A DNA stretch of 64,000 bases from Bacteroidia bacterium. GTDB lineage: Bacteria > Bacteroidota > Bacteroidia > J057. Position 1 is the stretch's first letter, and each line of letters starts with the position of its first letter. The stretch covers positions 1,550 through 65,549 of the forward strand of contig JAWKNL010000032.1 of NCBI GenBank assembly GCA_041391725.1. The letters are read 5' to 3'. The notes under the pieces are model-generated. The model did no database searches. It was not told the origin of the DNA and worked only from the letters and a program-made list of their open reading frames with translations. Below are positions 47,423 to 56,935 of this stretch, one piece after another. A program made the position numbers and the translations under genes.

Positions 47423-50307
47423 ATGAATTTCAAAACATTATTCTCTCTGGTTTTTTGCAGCCTGTTTTCTCTCCAGATTTTTGCAGCAGGCCCCGGAACC
47501 ATCCGCGGGAAAGTGACGAATGGCCAGACCGGAGAAGTGCTCCTCGGAGCAACCGTACGTCTGATTCAGGACGGACAGATCAAAGGTGGTGCATACACCG
47601 ACATCGAAGGAAACTACACGATCAAAGCTGAGGCGGGAAATTATTCGATGATTATTTCCTTTGTCTCTTTTGTCAATGATACATTAGATGTATTAGTGGA
47701 AGAAGGCGCAGTGGTATATAATGAAACCCTCCTCTTTGAAAGCCTGGCAACCCGCGAGGATCTCAAAGTCGAAATCACAGCCAAACGCAACCAGGCCAGT
47801 ACAGTTACCCTGTACAATGTAAAACGCACTTCGCTGAATACCATGGACGGGATCTCCAACGACCTGATCAAACGCACCGGCGACAATGATGCCGCTTCTG
47901 CCATGTCAAGGGTTACGGGTGTAACCGTCGAAGGCGGGAAGTACGTGTATATCCGCGGACTTGGAGACCGCTATTCCAATACCCTTTAAATGGAGCTGCT
48001 ATCCCCAGCCTTGACCCCAACTGTAACTCCGTTCAGTTGGATATTTTCCCTTCCCAACTGATCGACAATATCGTGGTTTATAAAACATTTACCCCTGACC
48101 TCCCAGCCAACTTCTCCGGAGGTCTGGTAAATGTCATCACCAAAGACTTTCCCGACCGCCTGCGGATCAATTTCTCCGCCTCTGCAACCTACAACCCACA
48201 GGCAAACCTGATCGACAACTTCCTGACCTATGAAACCGGGAAAAAAGACTGGCAGGGACGCGACGACGGCACAAGAGCACTTCCCGCTGAAATAGCCACT
48301 CTGCCGGGTTCAATTCCAGATAAAACATTTAATGTCAACAATCTCGAAGACATTAATACCATCACCCGGGTGAGTAACTCTTTCAAAACAACGATGGTTC
48401 CGACCACCAAAACCTCTCCGCTGGGACAGAACTATCAGTTTTCTCTTGGAAACCAGAACCTGATTTTTGGCAGACCGTTTGGATACATCGCCAGCCTTTC
48501 TTACCGCACCGAATACAATGCCTATGACGATGGCAGCGTAGCCCGATGGAAAAACACATCTTCTGCAAGAGACGGTATCATCGCCGACGGTCTCACCAAT
48601 GAGCGGTCGCACAAAGTCGTCAGCGGCTCCGAAGAAGTTCTCTGGGGCGGACTGGTAAAATTGTCTTACAAGCCATTTAACCATCACAAATTTGGGGTAA
48701 ATCTGATGCACAATCAGAGTGGCGCTTCTTCGGCCCGGACGCTGGAAGGTCCGATTCCGCTGGATGCCGTAGGGCTGATTTTCCAGACCCGTGTATTGGG
48801 TTATCTTCAGCGTTCGATTGATATATACCAGGTACAGGGTGATCACGCGTTTGGCAAGCTGGGTGCTCACTGGATCGTTTCCAGCAGCCGCTCCCTACAA
48901 AGCGAACCCGATCTGCGCTTTTTCAGCAATGACTATACGCTGCAGGGCGAAACCAGAGTTTATGACCTTCAACCCAACCTTTACCCTGAGCCTAACCGCT
49001 TTTACCGTGATCTGGATGAAACCAATAACGATGCCCGCCTCAATTTTGATTTGCCCATTGATATATGGAAAGAGCTTCAGGCGAAAATCAAGTTTGGCGG
49101 AGCTTATACCACCAAAGACCGGACATTCTCTGAAAACCGCTATCTGATCACACAGGGCAACAAAAGCGCAGACTACAATGGCGATGCCTCCGCTTATTTT
49201 GGTCCTGCCAACACAGGTAGCTTCATCGATACCATTGTATTCAGAGGACAGGAGTATTATCAGGTTAATTACAAAAACACCGTTCAGGATGTATCCGAAC
49301 TGCGCAACAGATATAGTGGTTCTGAGCGAATCCAGGCTGCTTATGCGATGATTGAACTGCCCGTCAGCGAAAGGCTGAAATTTGTAGGTGGGGCTCGTTA
49401 CGAAGGAACCCAGATTGAAACACAATCCGAAGATCCCAATGTGGCAGGTGGACTGATCGATCTGCACGATATTCTGCCTGCAATCAGCACCCTGTACCAG
49501 ATAAAAGAAAATCTCAATCTCCGCGGAAGTTATGCCCGCACCATCGCCCGCCCTACCTTCCGCGAGTTTGCGCCTTTCGTTTCATTTGACTTCGTGGGAG
49601 ACTACAATCTGGTTGGTAATCCCAACCTTACCCGCACCCTGATCGATAATGCCGATCTTCGCCTGGAATGGTATCCCACACCCGGAGAGCTGATCTCGGT
49701 GAGTGGATTTTACAAAAACTTCCAGAATCCGATCGAAAAAGTACTCGTGCCCCAGGCTGCCAATACCGAGCTGACCTATCGCAACGTGCCCAACGGTACT
49801 GCTTATGGACTGGAGTTTGAATTTAGAAAGCTTTTAGGCTTTATAGCTCCGGGTTCTGTGCTGGACAATTTCCAGGTAGGAGGAAACTTCTCGCTGATTC
49901 ACTCAGAAGTGGACATTGCCAATGATGAGTATCAGAAAATGATCGACGTTGATCCGACCCGCTCCAGAACCCGCCCGATATTTGGTCAGTCCCCTTATGC
50001 TGTCAATGGCGAACTGGCTTATATCAACGATTCACTGGGAACCAAAATCAGCCTCAACTACAATATCTTTGGTCAGCGTCTGGTGCTGGTCGGCGGTGTA
50101 AACCCCGATGTATATGAGCAACCCCGCGGCCTGCTCAACTTCTCACTCAGCCAGAAAATCAAATACGGATTATCCGTAACCATCCGCGCCAACAACCTGC
50201 TCAACCCGGAATACAAGCAGACACAAGTATATAAAGAAACCGAATATATATTCCAGAACTATCGCCTCGGGCGGTCATTCTCCCTGGGGATTTCGTATAG
50301 TTTGTGA
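47423..50307 (+). pseudogene. TonB-dependent receptor (CarboxypepD_reg N-terminus) split by a 1-nt loss at 47985-47990
   Basis: Signal peptide MNFKTLFSLVFCSLFSLQIFA, GTIRGKVTNGQTGEVLLGATV, plug YIRGLGDRYSNTL|LNGAAIPSLDPN..VQLDIFPS. The junction is restored if TTT at 47985-47987 were TTTT. C-terminal beta-barrel ends ...LGISYSL. Confidence 0.85.
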
Positions 50308-50330
50308 AGCAAGTAGTAGTATAAAGCGTA

Positions 50331-50360
50331 CCCCCTGAAGTTTCTTCAGGGGGTTTTTTG
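50331..50360 (+). terminator. rho-independent terminator after TonB receptor
   Basis: ccccctgaag / cttcaggggg stem followed by TTTTTTGTTTG. Confidence 0.75.
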
Positions 50361-50557
50361 TTTGTGCCAAATCCTGTCAGGTCTTCCGCTATCGTTAACC
50401 TTCCGGTAATATAAAACTCATTTTATGGTAACGTTTTGGTAATCAAAACTTCAACCGGTCATTAAGTTACCTTAACTTTTGATGGGTTGTTTTGCCTCAG
50501 AGATCAGGTTCTCCCTGCTCTCATTTGTATTTAATTTCCTTATCAAACCTGGCAAAA

Positions 50558-53500
50558 ATGAAAAACCTTTATGCTTTATTGATTGCCGTTCTGTTTGTCG
50601 GTTTTGTGCATGGCCAAGCCACCAAAACCATTCAGGACAACGGAAACGGAACAGGTACAGTTACCTGGTCAAATGACACAACCTACATTCTTGATGGATT
50701 TGTATTTGTCAACTCCGGTCAGACCCTGACTATCGAAGCAGGAACAGTTGTAAAAGGCAAACCCGGTCAGACGACCGACGCCTCAGCGCTGGTTGTTGCC
50801 CGCGGGGGCAAAATTATGGCTCAGGGTACTGCCGATGCGCCTATCATCTTCACGGCAGAAGCTGATGACGTAACCAACCCTTTTGACATTCCGGAAAATA
50901 CTACCGGCCTTTGGGGTGGTGTGATCATCCTGGGAAATGCACAACTCAACTCCTCTCCCGGTGAGTCGGCTATCGAAGGTATTCCAACCACCGAAACCCG
51001 TGGTCTTTACGGTGCGATCGACACCAATGGCGACACCATTCCCGATTCATGGAATGATTTCGACAACTCAGGTGTTTTCAGTTATTGCTCCATTCGCTAT
51101 GGAGGAACTGACATCGGTGCGGGAAATGAAATCAACGGCCTTACCCTGGGTGGTGTAGGTGCAGGAACAAAAGTTGACCACGTAGAAGTTATGTTTAATT
51201 TCGATGACGGGGTTGAATTCTTCGGAGGAACAGTCAACACCAGCCATATGATTACCGCTTTCTGTGGAGATGACGCGTTTGACTACGACGAAGGTTTCCG
51301 CGGAAAAGGCCAGTTTTGGGTTGTAATCCAGTCTGACTCTGCCGGCTCCGATCGTGGAGGTGAATTTGACGGCGGTACAGATCCCGAGCTTGGTCAGCCT
51401 TTTGCTACCCCGACGATATACAATGCTACTTTTATCGGTCGTGCTCAGGCAGCCAATACCGGCAGCCGTGCCATGACTATCCGCGACAATGCAGGCGGCT
51501 ATTTCTACAATTCTATTTTCTATGACTATGGCCGTGGGGTAGATGTCGAAATACTCGGCAACAGCGATGACAGCTACAAAATGTATCAGGATGGTTTTCT
51601 GAAACTGGAAAACAATCTCTTCTGGAATGTTGCCGGAAACGATCCCTCAAAAGTATTTACGATCACCGCTGCCAGCTTTGGTGGTATCAGCCTTCCTGAC
51701 TCTACCGCTACCGTGGATGCAGCCAAAGCTGATATGCAGGCTTATTTTGTAGGTGGAGGAAATGACGTAGCCAATCCGCAGTTCTACTCTATTGGCAGGG
51801 AAGCAGGTACTGGCGAACTCGACCCTCGTCCGATGCCCGGAAGCGCGGCTTACAGCAATCTCGCTTCTTACCCAAATGACAATTTTATCAAAACGGTAAA
51901 CTACAAAGGTGCTTTCAGTTCTTCTTCCGATTTATGGGCAAAAGGTTGGACTCTTCTCGATGAGATGGGCTATTTACCTGATTTCACACCCGGTACAGTT
52001 ACAGTTACTGATAATGGCAGCGGAACAGGAACCACCACATGGACCAGCAATAATACCTATATCCTCGATGGATTTGTGTTTGTAAACTCAGGTGATACCC
52101 TGAATATCGAAGCCGGTACAGTAATCAAAGGTAAACCCGGACAGACTACAGAGGCTTCAGCACTGGTCGTAGCCCGCGGTGCTTACATCAACGCAATTGG
52201 TACCCGTGAAGATCCCATCATCTTTACAGCTGAAGCTGACGACGTAACCAACCCATTTGATATTCCGCTCAATACTACAGGGCTTTGGGGAGGACTGATT
52301 ATCCTCGGAAATGCCCAGCTCAACTCTTCTCCCGGCGAATCCGCTATCGAAGGTATTCCTACCACTGAAATCCGCGGACTTTATGGCGCCATTGACACCA
52401 ACGGCGACACCATCCCCGATTCATGGGATGACAATGACAACTCCGGGCACCTGAGCTATATCTCTATTCGCCATGGCGGTACAGATATTGGTGCAGGTAA
52501 CGAAATCAATGGTATGACTTTCGGTGGTGTGGGCGCCGGTACAACGGTTGACCACATTGAAGTAATTTTCAACTTCGATGACGGATACGAATTTTTCGGA
52601 GGAACTGTCAACACCAAAAACCTGATCGCTGCATACTGTGGTGATGATGCATTTGACTACGACGAAGGTTTCCGTGGAAAAGGCCAGTTCTGGGTTGTAT
52701 TTCAATCAGACTCCGCAGGTTCTGACCGTGGCGGTGAATTTGACGGCGGTACTGACCCCGAAACTGGTCAGCCTTTTGCCATACCTACCATTTACAACGC
52801 TACTTTTATTGGCCGTAGTGGTACAGGCAGCAGCCGTGCAATGACGATCCGCGACAACGCAGGTGGTATCTTCCGCAACTCGATCTTCGCTGAATATGGC
52901 CGGGGCGTGGATATCGAAATTCTCGGTAACAGCGACGACAGCTACAAAATGTATCAGGATGGCCTGCTCAAACTGGAAAACAATATTTTCTGGAACATTG
53001 CCGGCAATGATGCTTCAAAGCAGTTTACAATTACTGCTGCCAGCTTTGGTGGTATAAGCCTCCCCGACTCTACGGCAACTGTAGATGCTGCCAAAACAGA
53101 TGTTGCAGCTTACTTCGGCACCGCCAATAACACCGTAGCTGACCCGCTCTTCCCCTCTCTTAGCTGGATCAACAACGAACAACTCGATCCTCGGCCTTCC
53201 AACCAGGGCCCTGCTTACCAGAACCTGGCTGCCTTGCCGACAGGTGATGACTTCTTCACCGTTGTTGATTACAAAGGTGCTTTCAGCAACTCTACTGACC
53301 TTTGGGCTACCCAATGGACCCTGATGGATGCGCTGGGTTACTTCCCGCTGGGCAATACCCTCACCGCCATCGACAAAGACCTCGAAATTCTGACCGCTAT
53401 TACCGTTTACCCCAACCCCAACAACGGTATGTTTAACATCAGAATTCAGGATGCCAAGCCCGAGGCTGTATCTCTGGTAATCTTCGATATGATGGGCAAA

Positions 53501-53644
53501 GTGGTATTCGACCAGCAGGTTCGCCCTGTTGACGGAAATGTTGAAACTGAAGTTGACCTTTCGCAGATGCCCGCCGGCATGTATATCATGCGCGCAACTC
53601 AGGTACAAAATGTGATTGGCGTTAGCAGAATTATCAAGCAATAA
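50558..53644 (+). CDS. T9SS-secreted protein made of two ~460-aa tandem modules
   Basis: Signal peptide MKNLYALLIAVLFVGFVHGQ. Two near-identical modules (DGFVFVNSG.TL.IEAGTV.KGKPGQTT.ASALVVARG...). C-terminal sorting domain (VYPNPNNGMFNIRI...PAGMYIMRATQ). Confidence 0.8.
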   Translation: MKNLYALLIAVLFVGFVHGQATKTIQDNGNGTGTVTWSNDTTYILDGFVFVNSGQTLTIEAGTVVKGKPGQTTDASALVVARGGKIMAQGTADAPIIFTAEADDVTNPFDIPENTTGLWGGVIILGNAQLNSSPGESAIEGIPTTETRGLYGAIDTNGDTIPDSWNDFDNSGVFSYCSIRYGGTDIGAGNEINGLTLGGVGAGTKVDHVEVMFNFDDGVEFFGGTVNTSHMITAFCGDDAFDYDEGFRGKGQFWVVIQSDSAGSDRGGEFDGGTDPELGQPFATPTIYNATFIGRAQAANTGSRAMTIRDNAGGYFYNSIFYDYGRGVDVEILGNSDDSYKMYQDGFLKLENNLFWNVAGNDPSKVFTITAASFGGISLPDSTATVDAAKADMQAYFVGGGNDVANPQFYSIGREAGTGELDPRPMPGSAAYSNLASYPNDNFIKTVNYKGAFSSSSDLWAKGWTLLDEMGYLPDFTPGTVTVTDNGSGTGTTTWTSNNTYILDGFVFVNSGDTLNIEAGTVIKGKPGQTTEASALVVARGAYINAIGTREDPIIFTAEADDVTNPFDIPLNTTGLWGGLIILGNAQLNSSPGESAIEGIPTTEIRGLYGAIDTNGDTIPDSWDDNDNSGHLSYISIRHGGTDIGAGNEINGMTFGGVGAGTTVDHIEVIFNFDDGYEFFGGTVNTKNLIAAYCGDDAFDYDEGFRGKGQFWVVFQSDSAGSDRGGEFDGGTDPETGQPFAIPTIYNATFIGRSGTGSSRAMTIRDNAGGIFRNSIFAEYGRGVDIEILGNSDDSYKMYQDGLLKLENNIFWNIAGNDASKQFTITAASFGGISLPDSTATVDAAKTDVAAYFGTANNTVADPLFPSLSWINNEQLDPRPSNQGPAYQNLAALPTGDDFFTVVDYKGAFSNSTDLWATQWTLMDALGYFPLGNTLTAIDKDLEILTAITVYPNPNNGMFNIRIQDAKPEAVSLVIFDMMGKVVFDQQVRPVDGNVETEVDLSQMPAGMYIMRATQVQNVIGVSRIIKQ

Positions 53645-53670
53645 CGCTTTTAAAGATAGGTTAAGGTTAC

Positions 53671-53701
53671 GGGCTGCCTGCACAGGCAGCCCGTTTTTTT
53701 T
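53671..53701 (+). terminator. rho-independent terminator
   Basis: gggctgcc tgcaca ggcagccc followed by a T9 run. Supports the downstream start at 53724. Confidence 0.75.
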
Positions 53702-53723
53702 ATATTGGCAGAAAATTTCTCCT

Positions 53724-54410
53724 ATGCATACCGTTTGTATCAACCTGCCTGTTTTTTTTCTGAGTAAAACGCCCCGCCTGCTTGAAAACCTGGGTTTCGT
53801 TCCTTTGGGAAAAGATTTGCTCGGGCAGACCCTGCTTTCCGACGGAGAAGTGATGATACGCCTTGATGCGGAATCCGAATACGGGGCGGGTATTTTGTAT
53901 TTCTCCGAAAACATGCCTTCCATGCCTTTGGGACAAATGGCCTCTGATGAAGCGGAAGCCGACTGGGCGAGAGAATGGAAATCGCCGGAAGGGGTTTCCC
54001 TTTCAATGTTGTATGCTACTGCGGACACCGTTCCCGATTATTCTCCTGCGGGAGAACTGCCCTACGGTAAGTTTTATGAAGTAAGTCTGATGACCACTGA
54101 CTTTTCCGATTCTCTGGTGTGGTGGATGAAGGCTGGATTTGAATTAACCTACGGAGACCCGGAAACAGGCAGTTTTGTGACTCTCTCTGATGGAAAAATC
54201 AGGGTAGGTTTGTACAAACCCGGATCGTGTCCCCATATTTTCAATAATCCGGCAGTTACTTATTTTGATCCATCCATGAAAGAGAAAATTGCGAAAGCCC
54301 GGGAGGCAGGAATCCTGTTTGCTCAGGAAATCCCCGACAAAACCGGAGAAGTTGTGGATGCCATTATCGAAACAGAGGAGGGATGGCATATATTTTTGTT
54401 TACTGCATAA
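53724..54410 (+). CDS. hypothetical protein, possibly VOC/glyoxalase-fold (two-module)
   Basis: Two LGF/AGF ... dG.i.v.L segments typical of VOC-fold halves. Weak call. Confidence 0.35.
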   Translation: MHTVCINLPVFFLSKTPRLLENLGFVPLGKDLLGQTLLSDGEVMIRLDAESEYGAGILYFSENMPSMPLGQMASDEAEADWAREWKSPEGVSLSMLYATADTVPDYSPAGELPYGKFYEVSLMTTDFSDSLVWWMKAGFELTYGDPETGSFVTLSDGKIRVGLYKPGSCPHIFNNPAVTYFDPSMKEKIAKAREAGILFAQEIPDKTGEVVDAIIETEEGWHIFLFTA

Positions 54411-55146
54411 TCACCCGCGCCAGAGCCAGTACCACGCCCGTATCCGCCTGCACAATTTCGTGTACGAATGTATGTTCGGCCTCCTTCTCCTTCGCCACAC
54501 GGGAGATAATGGTGTCACCGAATCCGCATTCCGCCTTGATGATAAGGTCGATGTTTTTTACCTGCCGGTCGCGGAGAATATCGTGAGGAAGCGCTTCCAG
54601 TGCCCACTGAAAATAAAGCATATTGTTGACATGCCCGTTGGGATCGAGGTCGTGCCAGCGAGTGGCGAATCGTTTTTCTCCCGTAATTTCTCCCTGCGGG
54701 ATTTCAAGTCGGTCTGCAGCACGGTGGAGGGGCGTGCAACCTTCAGGTGCACGTGTATGCGGCATAAGCGATTCAGGAAGCCGCGAAATCCGTCGCTGCA
54801 CAAAATCCAGCACAATCCATGTACTGGTAGCTTCTGCAAGCAACACCCCCGAATCATCCCATATCCTGTAATCGCGGTACACAAATGCACGGGCACTTCC
54901 CGAAGGCCAGGTTTCGACCCATATTTTCTGCCGGTGTACAGGCAACAAATAAACAGAAAGTTTCATCCGGATAATGGCCCAGGTGAGCCCCAAATCCTGC
55001 AGATCATAGACAGACGCACCGAGATATTCGGTATTGTTCCATGCCGTGTCCTGCATCAGATTGACCAGAGCGGGAAGTTTGATGCTGCGGTTGAGCCCGA
55101 TCTCGTCTGACCTTACGATATGAGGTTCTTTAGTGGAAAGTGACAT
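54400..55146 (-). CDS. acyl-ACP thioesterase
   Basis: IRSDEIG, LMQDTAWNNTE, WHDLDPNGHVNNMLYFQWALEALP (hot-dog fold Fat-type thioesterase). Start at MSLSTKE (55146), because the ORF-track extension is just translated DnaA boxes. Confidence 0.75.
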   Translation of the reverse strand: MSLSTKEPHIVRSDEIGLNRSIKLPALVNLMQDTAWNNTEYLGASVYDLQDLGLTWAIIRMKLSVYLLPVHRQKIWVETWPSGSARAFVYRDYRIWDDSGVLLAEATSTWIVLDFVQRRISRLPESLMPHTRAPEGCTPLHRAADRLEIPQGEITGEKRFATRWHDLDPNGHVNNMLYFQWALEALPHDILRDRQVKNIDLIIKAECGFGDTIISRVAKEKEAEHTFVHEIVQADTGVVLALARVIMQ

Positions 55147-55178
55147 GGGCGGATGCTGATGTGAGGGTTGTAATTTGT

Positions 55179-55223
55179 TTTTCCACAGGTTTATCCACAG
55201 GCTTATCCACAGAGTTATCCACA
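55179..55223 (+). promoter_or_regulatory. array of four direct DnaA boxes at 12-bp phasing
   Basis: TTTTCCACA (55179-87), then TTATCCACA at 55191-99, 55203-11 and 55215-23, separated by GGT/GGC/GAG. The last three match the TTATNCACA consensus perfectly. Followed by CCCCGGG and an AT-rich stretch. Confidence 0.6.
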
Positions 55224-55340
55224 TTTCCCCGGGAGATGGTGCAAAATAGGCAAATGCTGTTTTTGCCGCACACTTTAGCTGCGATTTTTTTGCAGAAAAA
55301 GTAAAAACCTCTATAATAAACCCCGAAATGATGTAGTTTG

Positions 55341-55348
55341 TATATTTG
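55341..55348 (+). promoter_or_regulatory. -7 box TATATTTG upstream of caspase-like gene
   Basis: Matches TAnnTTTG, 18 nt before the ATG at 55366. Confidence 0.35.
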
Positions 55349-55365
55349 TAAAATCCGGAATAAAT

Positions 55366-56613
55366 ATGCGTATATCCCCAAGAATTTTCCTTCCCCTCCT
55401 CTTGTCTTTTCTTTTATCCGTTGTTTCTGCAAAACCAACTTCTGCTCCCGATCTTATGTACAACGGAATGTACCAATCCGCCAAAATTGGTTTTTTAGGC
55501 AACCTGCACTGTTACCTGAAATTTTATGCAAATGGCACAGTCATCCGCACTTTTTCCAATCTGGATCAGGAGTCGCCCAAAGTGGTTGCGTCGCGCATGA
55601 ACCTGCTGGAAGCATTAAAATTTGAAACCAATGTCAGCTCCGGGAAATTTGTCAGGATCGGCAACCTCGTTACGGCGACATTCACCAATCCCAATTCATC
55701 CGAAACCTATACGCTCAATATCATCGATTTTGGGTTAATGGGACAATATAAGGGCATACTGGCCACCCGCGACGAGCGTTATACCTTCCTGCCCGAACTG
55801 ACAGACCCCAATACGCTGTTTAATACACCGGCGGTTACCTCCACGCCATCTCCTTCATCTTCTTCAACTTACGGCAGTCTTTCTCTCCGCCCCTCACCCA
55901 AAGTATATGCAGTAGTGGTAGGTGTAGCCAATTATGCTCATATCAACAGTCTCAATTATACCGATGACGATGCCTTCCGCTTTTATGCCTGGCTGAAAAG
56001 CCCCGAAGGCGGAGCCTTGCCCGACGAACAAATCTCCCTGTACATCGACGAAGCAGCCCGTCGCGATGATATTCTTTCAGGCCTGAGATCGCAGTTTGGC
56101 AAGGCAGGGACGAATGACCTGATATTGTTTTATTTTTCCGGCCATGGCGCTCCGGGGGCGTTTATGCCCGCCGATTTTGACGGCAATAGCCGCGAACTTA
56201 CCCACGCCAGCATCCGGCAGATATTTGACCAGAGCAAGGCCCGTTATAAAGTATGTATCGCCGACGCCTGTCATTCGGGAAGCCTTGACAAAGGCGTAAA
56301 AGGCGCCTTCGACGGCGTGTACGATTCTTATTACACGGCACTGTCCAATTCTTCCGGAGGAATGGCGCTTTTTATGTCTTCCAAAGCCGAAGAAACCTCT
56401 CTGGAAATAGGTGGGTTGCGCCAGAGTGTGTTTACCTATTATCTGTTGGAAGGACTGAAAGGCAAAGCTGATTATAACAGCAATAAAGTCGTCTCCATTC
56501 AGGAGCTGTACAATTACGTGGCGGAGAATGTAAAACGCTATACTGCCAATCGACAGAGCCCTGTAATCAACGGCAATTACGACAAGGATATGCCTGTAGG
56601 GGTGCTGAGGTGA
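55366..56613 (+). CDS. secreted caspase-family (peptidase C14) protein with unknown N-terminal domain
   Basis: Signal peptide. ~170-aa N-terminal domain. S/P-rich linker. C14 domain with the catalytic dyad contexts YFSGHG (His) and IADACHSGS (Cys). Confidence 0.75.
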   Translation: MRISPRIFLPLLLSFLLSVVSAKPTSAPDLMYNGMYQSAKIGFLGNLHCYLKFYANGTVIRTFSNLDQESPKVVASRMNLLEALKFETNVSSGKFVRIGNLVTATFTNPNSSETYTLNIIDFGLMGQYKGILATRDERYTFLPELTDPNTLFNTPAVTSTPSPSSSSTYGSLSLRPSPKVYAVVVGVANYAHINSLNYTDDDAFRFYAWLKSPEGGALPDEQISLYIDEAARRDDILSGLRSQFGKAGTNDLILFYFSGHGAPGAFMPADFDGNSRELTHASIRQIFDQSKARYKVCIADACHSGSLDKGVKGAFDGVYDSYYTALSNSSGGMALFMSSKAEETSLEIGGLRQSVFTYYLLEGLKGKADYNSNKVVSIQELYNYVAENVKRYTANRQSPVINGNYDKDMPVGVLR

Positions 56614-56688
56614 GGTAGGGAGGTAATGGAGATATAATGAGCCTTTTTCAATTTCTTCCGTATATTTAGGATAGAAATCATTGGTATT

Positions 56689-56935
56689 ATGATCATCGAA
56701 ATTCCAGACAGATTGCTTCAGGGAGTGAGTGAGGCTGACTTAAAGCTGAAAATTGCAATAAGTCTTTTTCAGGATGAAATATTCACTTTGGCTCAGGCCA
56801 GCCGTTTTGCTGGAATGCCGCGAAGGGATTTTCAGAAGGAATTGGAAACGTAAAATCCCAGTTCATTATGGAATTGAGGAATTGGATCAGGATATGAAAA
56901 ACTTAGATGAGTTATTCGGTGATCGTCGTAAGTGA
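56689..56935 (+). pseudogene. UPF0175-type antitoxin, frameshifted
   Basis: MIIEIPDRLLQGVSEADLKLKIAISLFQDEIFTLAQASRFAGMPRRDFQKELET* at 56851-53, then RKIPVHYGIEELDQDMKNL.. continues in another frame. Confidence 0.55.

Noticed and set aside
53015-54028. 337-aa minus-strand ORF
   Set aside because: It runs antisense through the T9SS gene 3' end, across a strong terminator hairpin and into the next gene, so it is not a plausible transcription unit.
54289-55110. 273-aa plus-strand ORF
   Set aside because: Antisense to the acyl-ACP thioesterase gene, which has diagnostic motifs (WHDLDPNGHVNN). No motifs are present in this frame.
55179-55365. Calling this region oriC outright
   Set aside because: There are only four boxes, all in one orientation. 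There is no DnaA-trio-like periodicity, no obvious 13-mer-type DUE repeats and no dnaA/dnaN nearby, and GC skew cannot be evaluated from one window. It is kept as a finding, not annotated as an origin.
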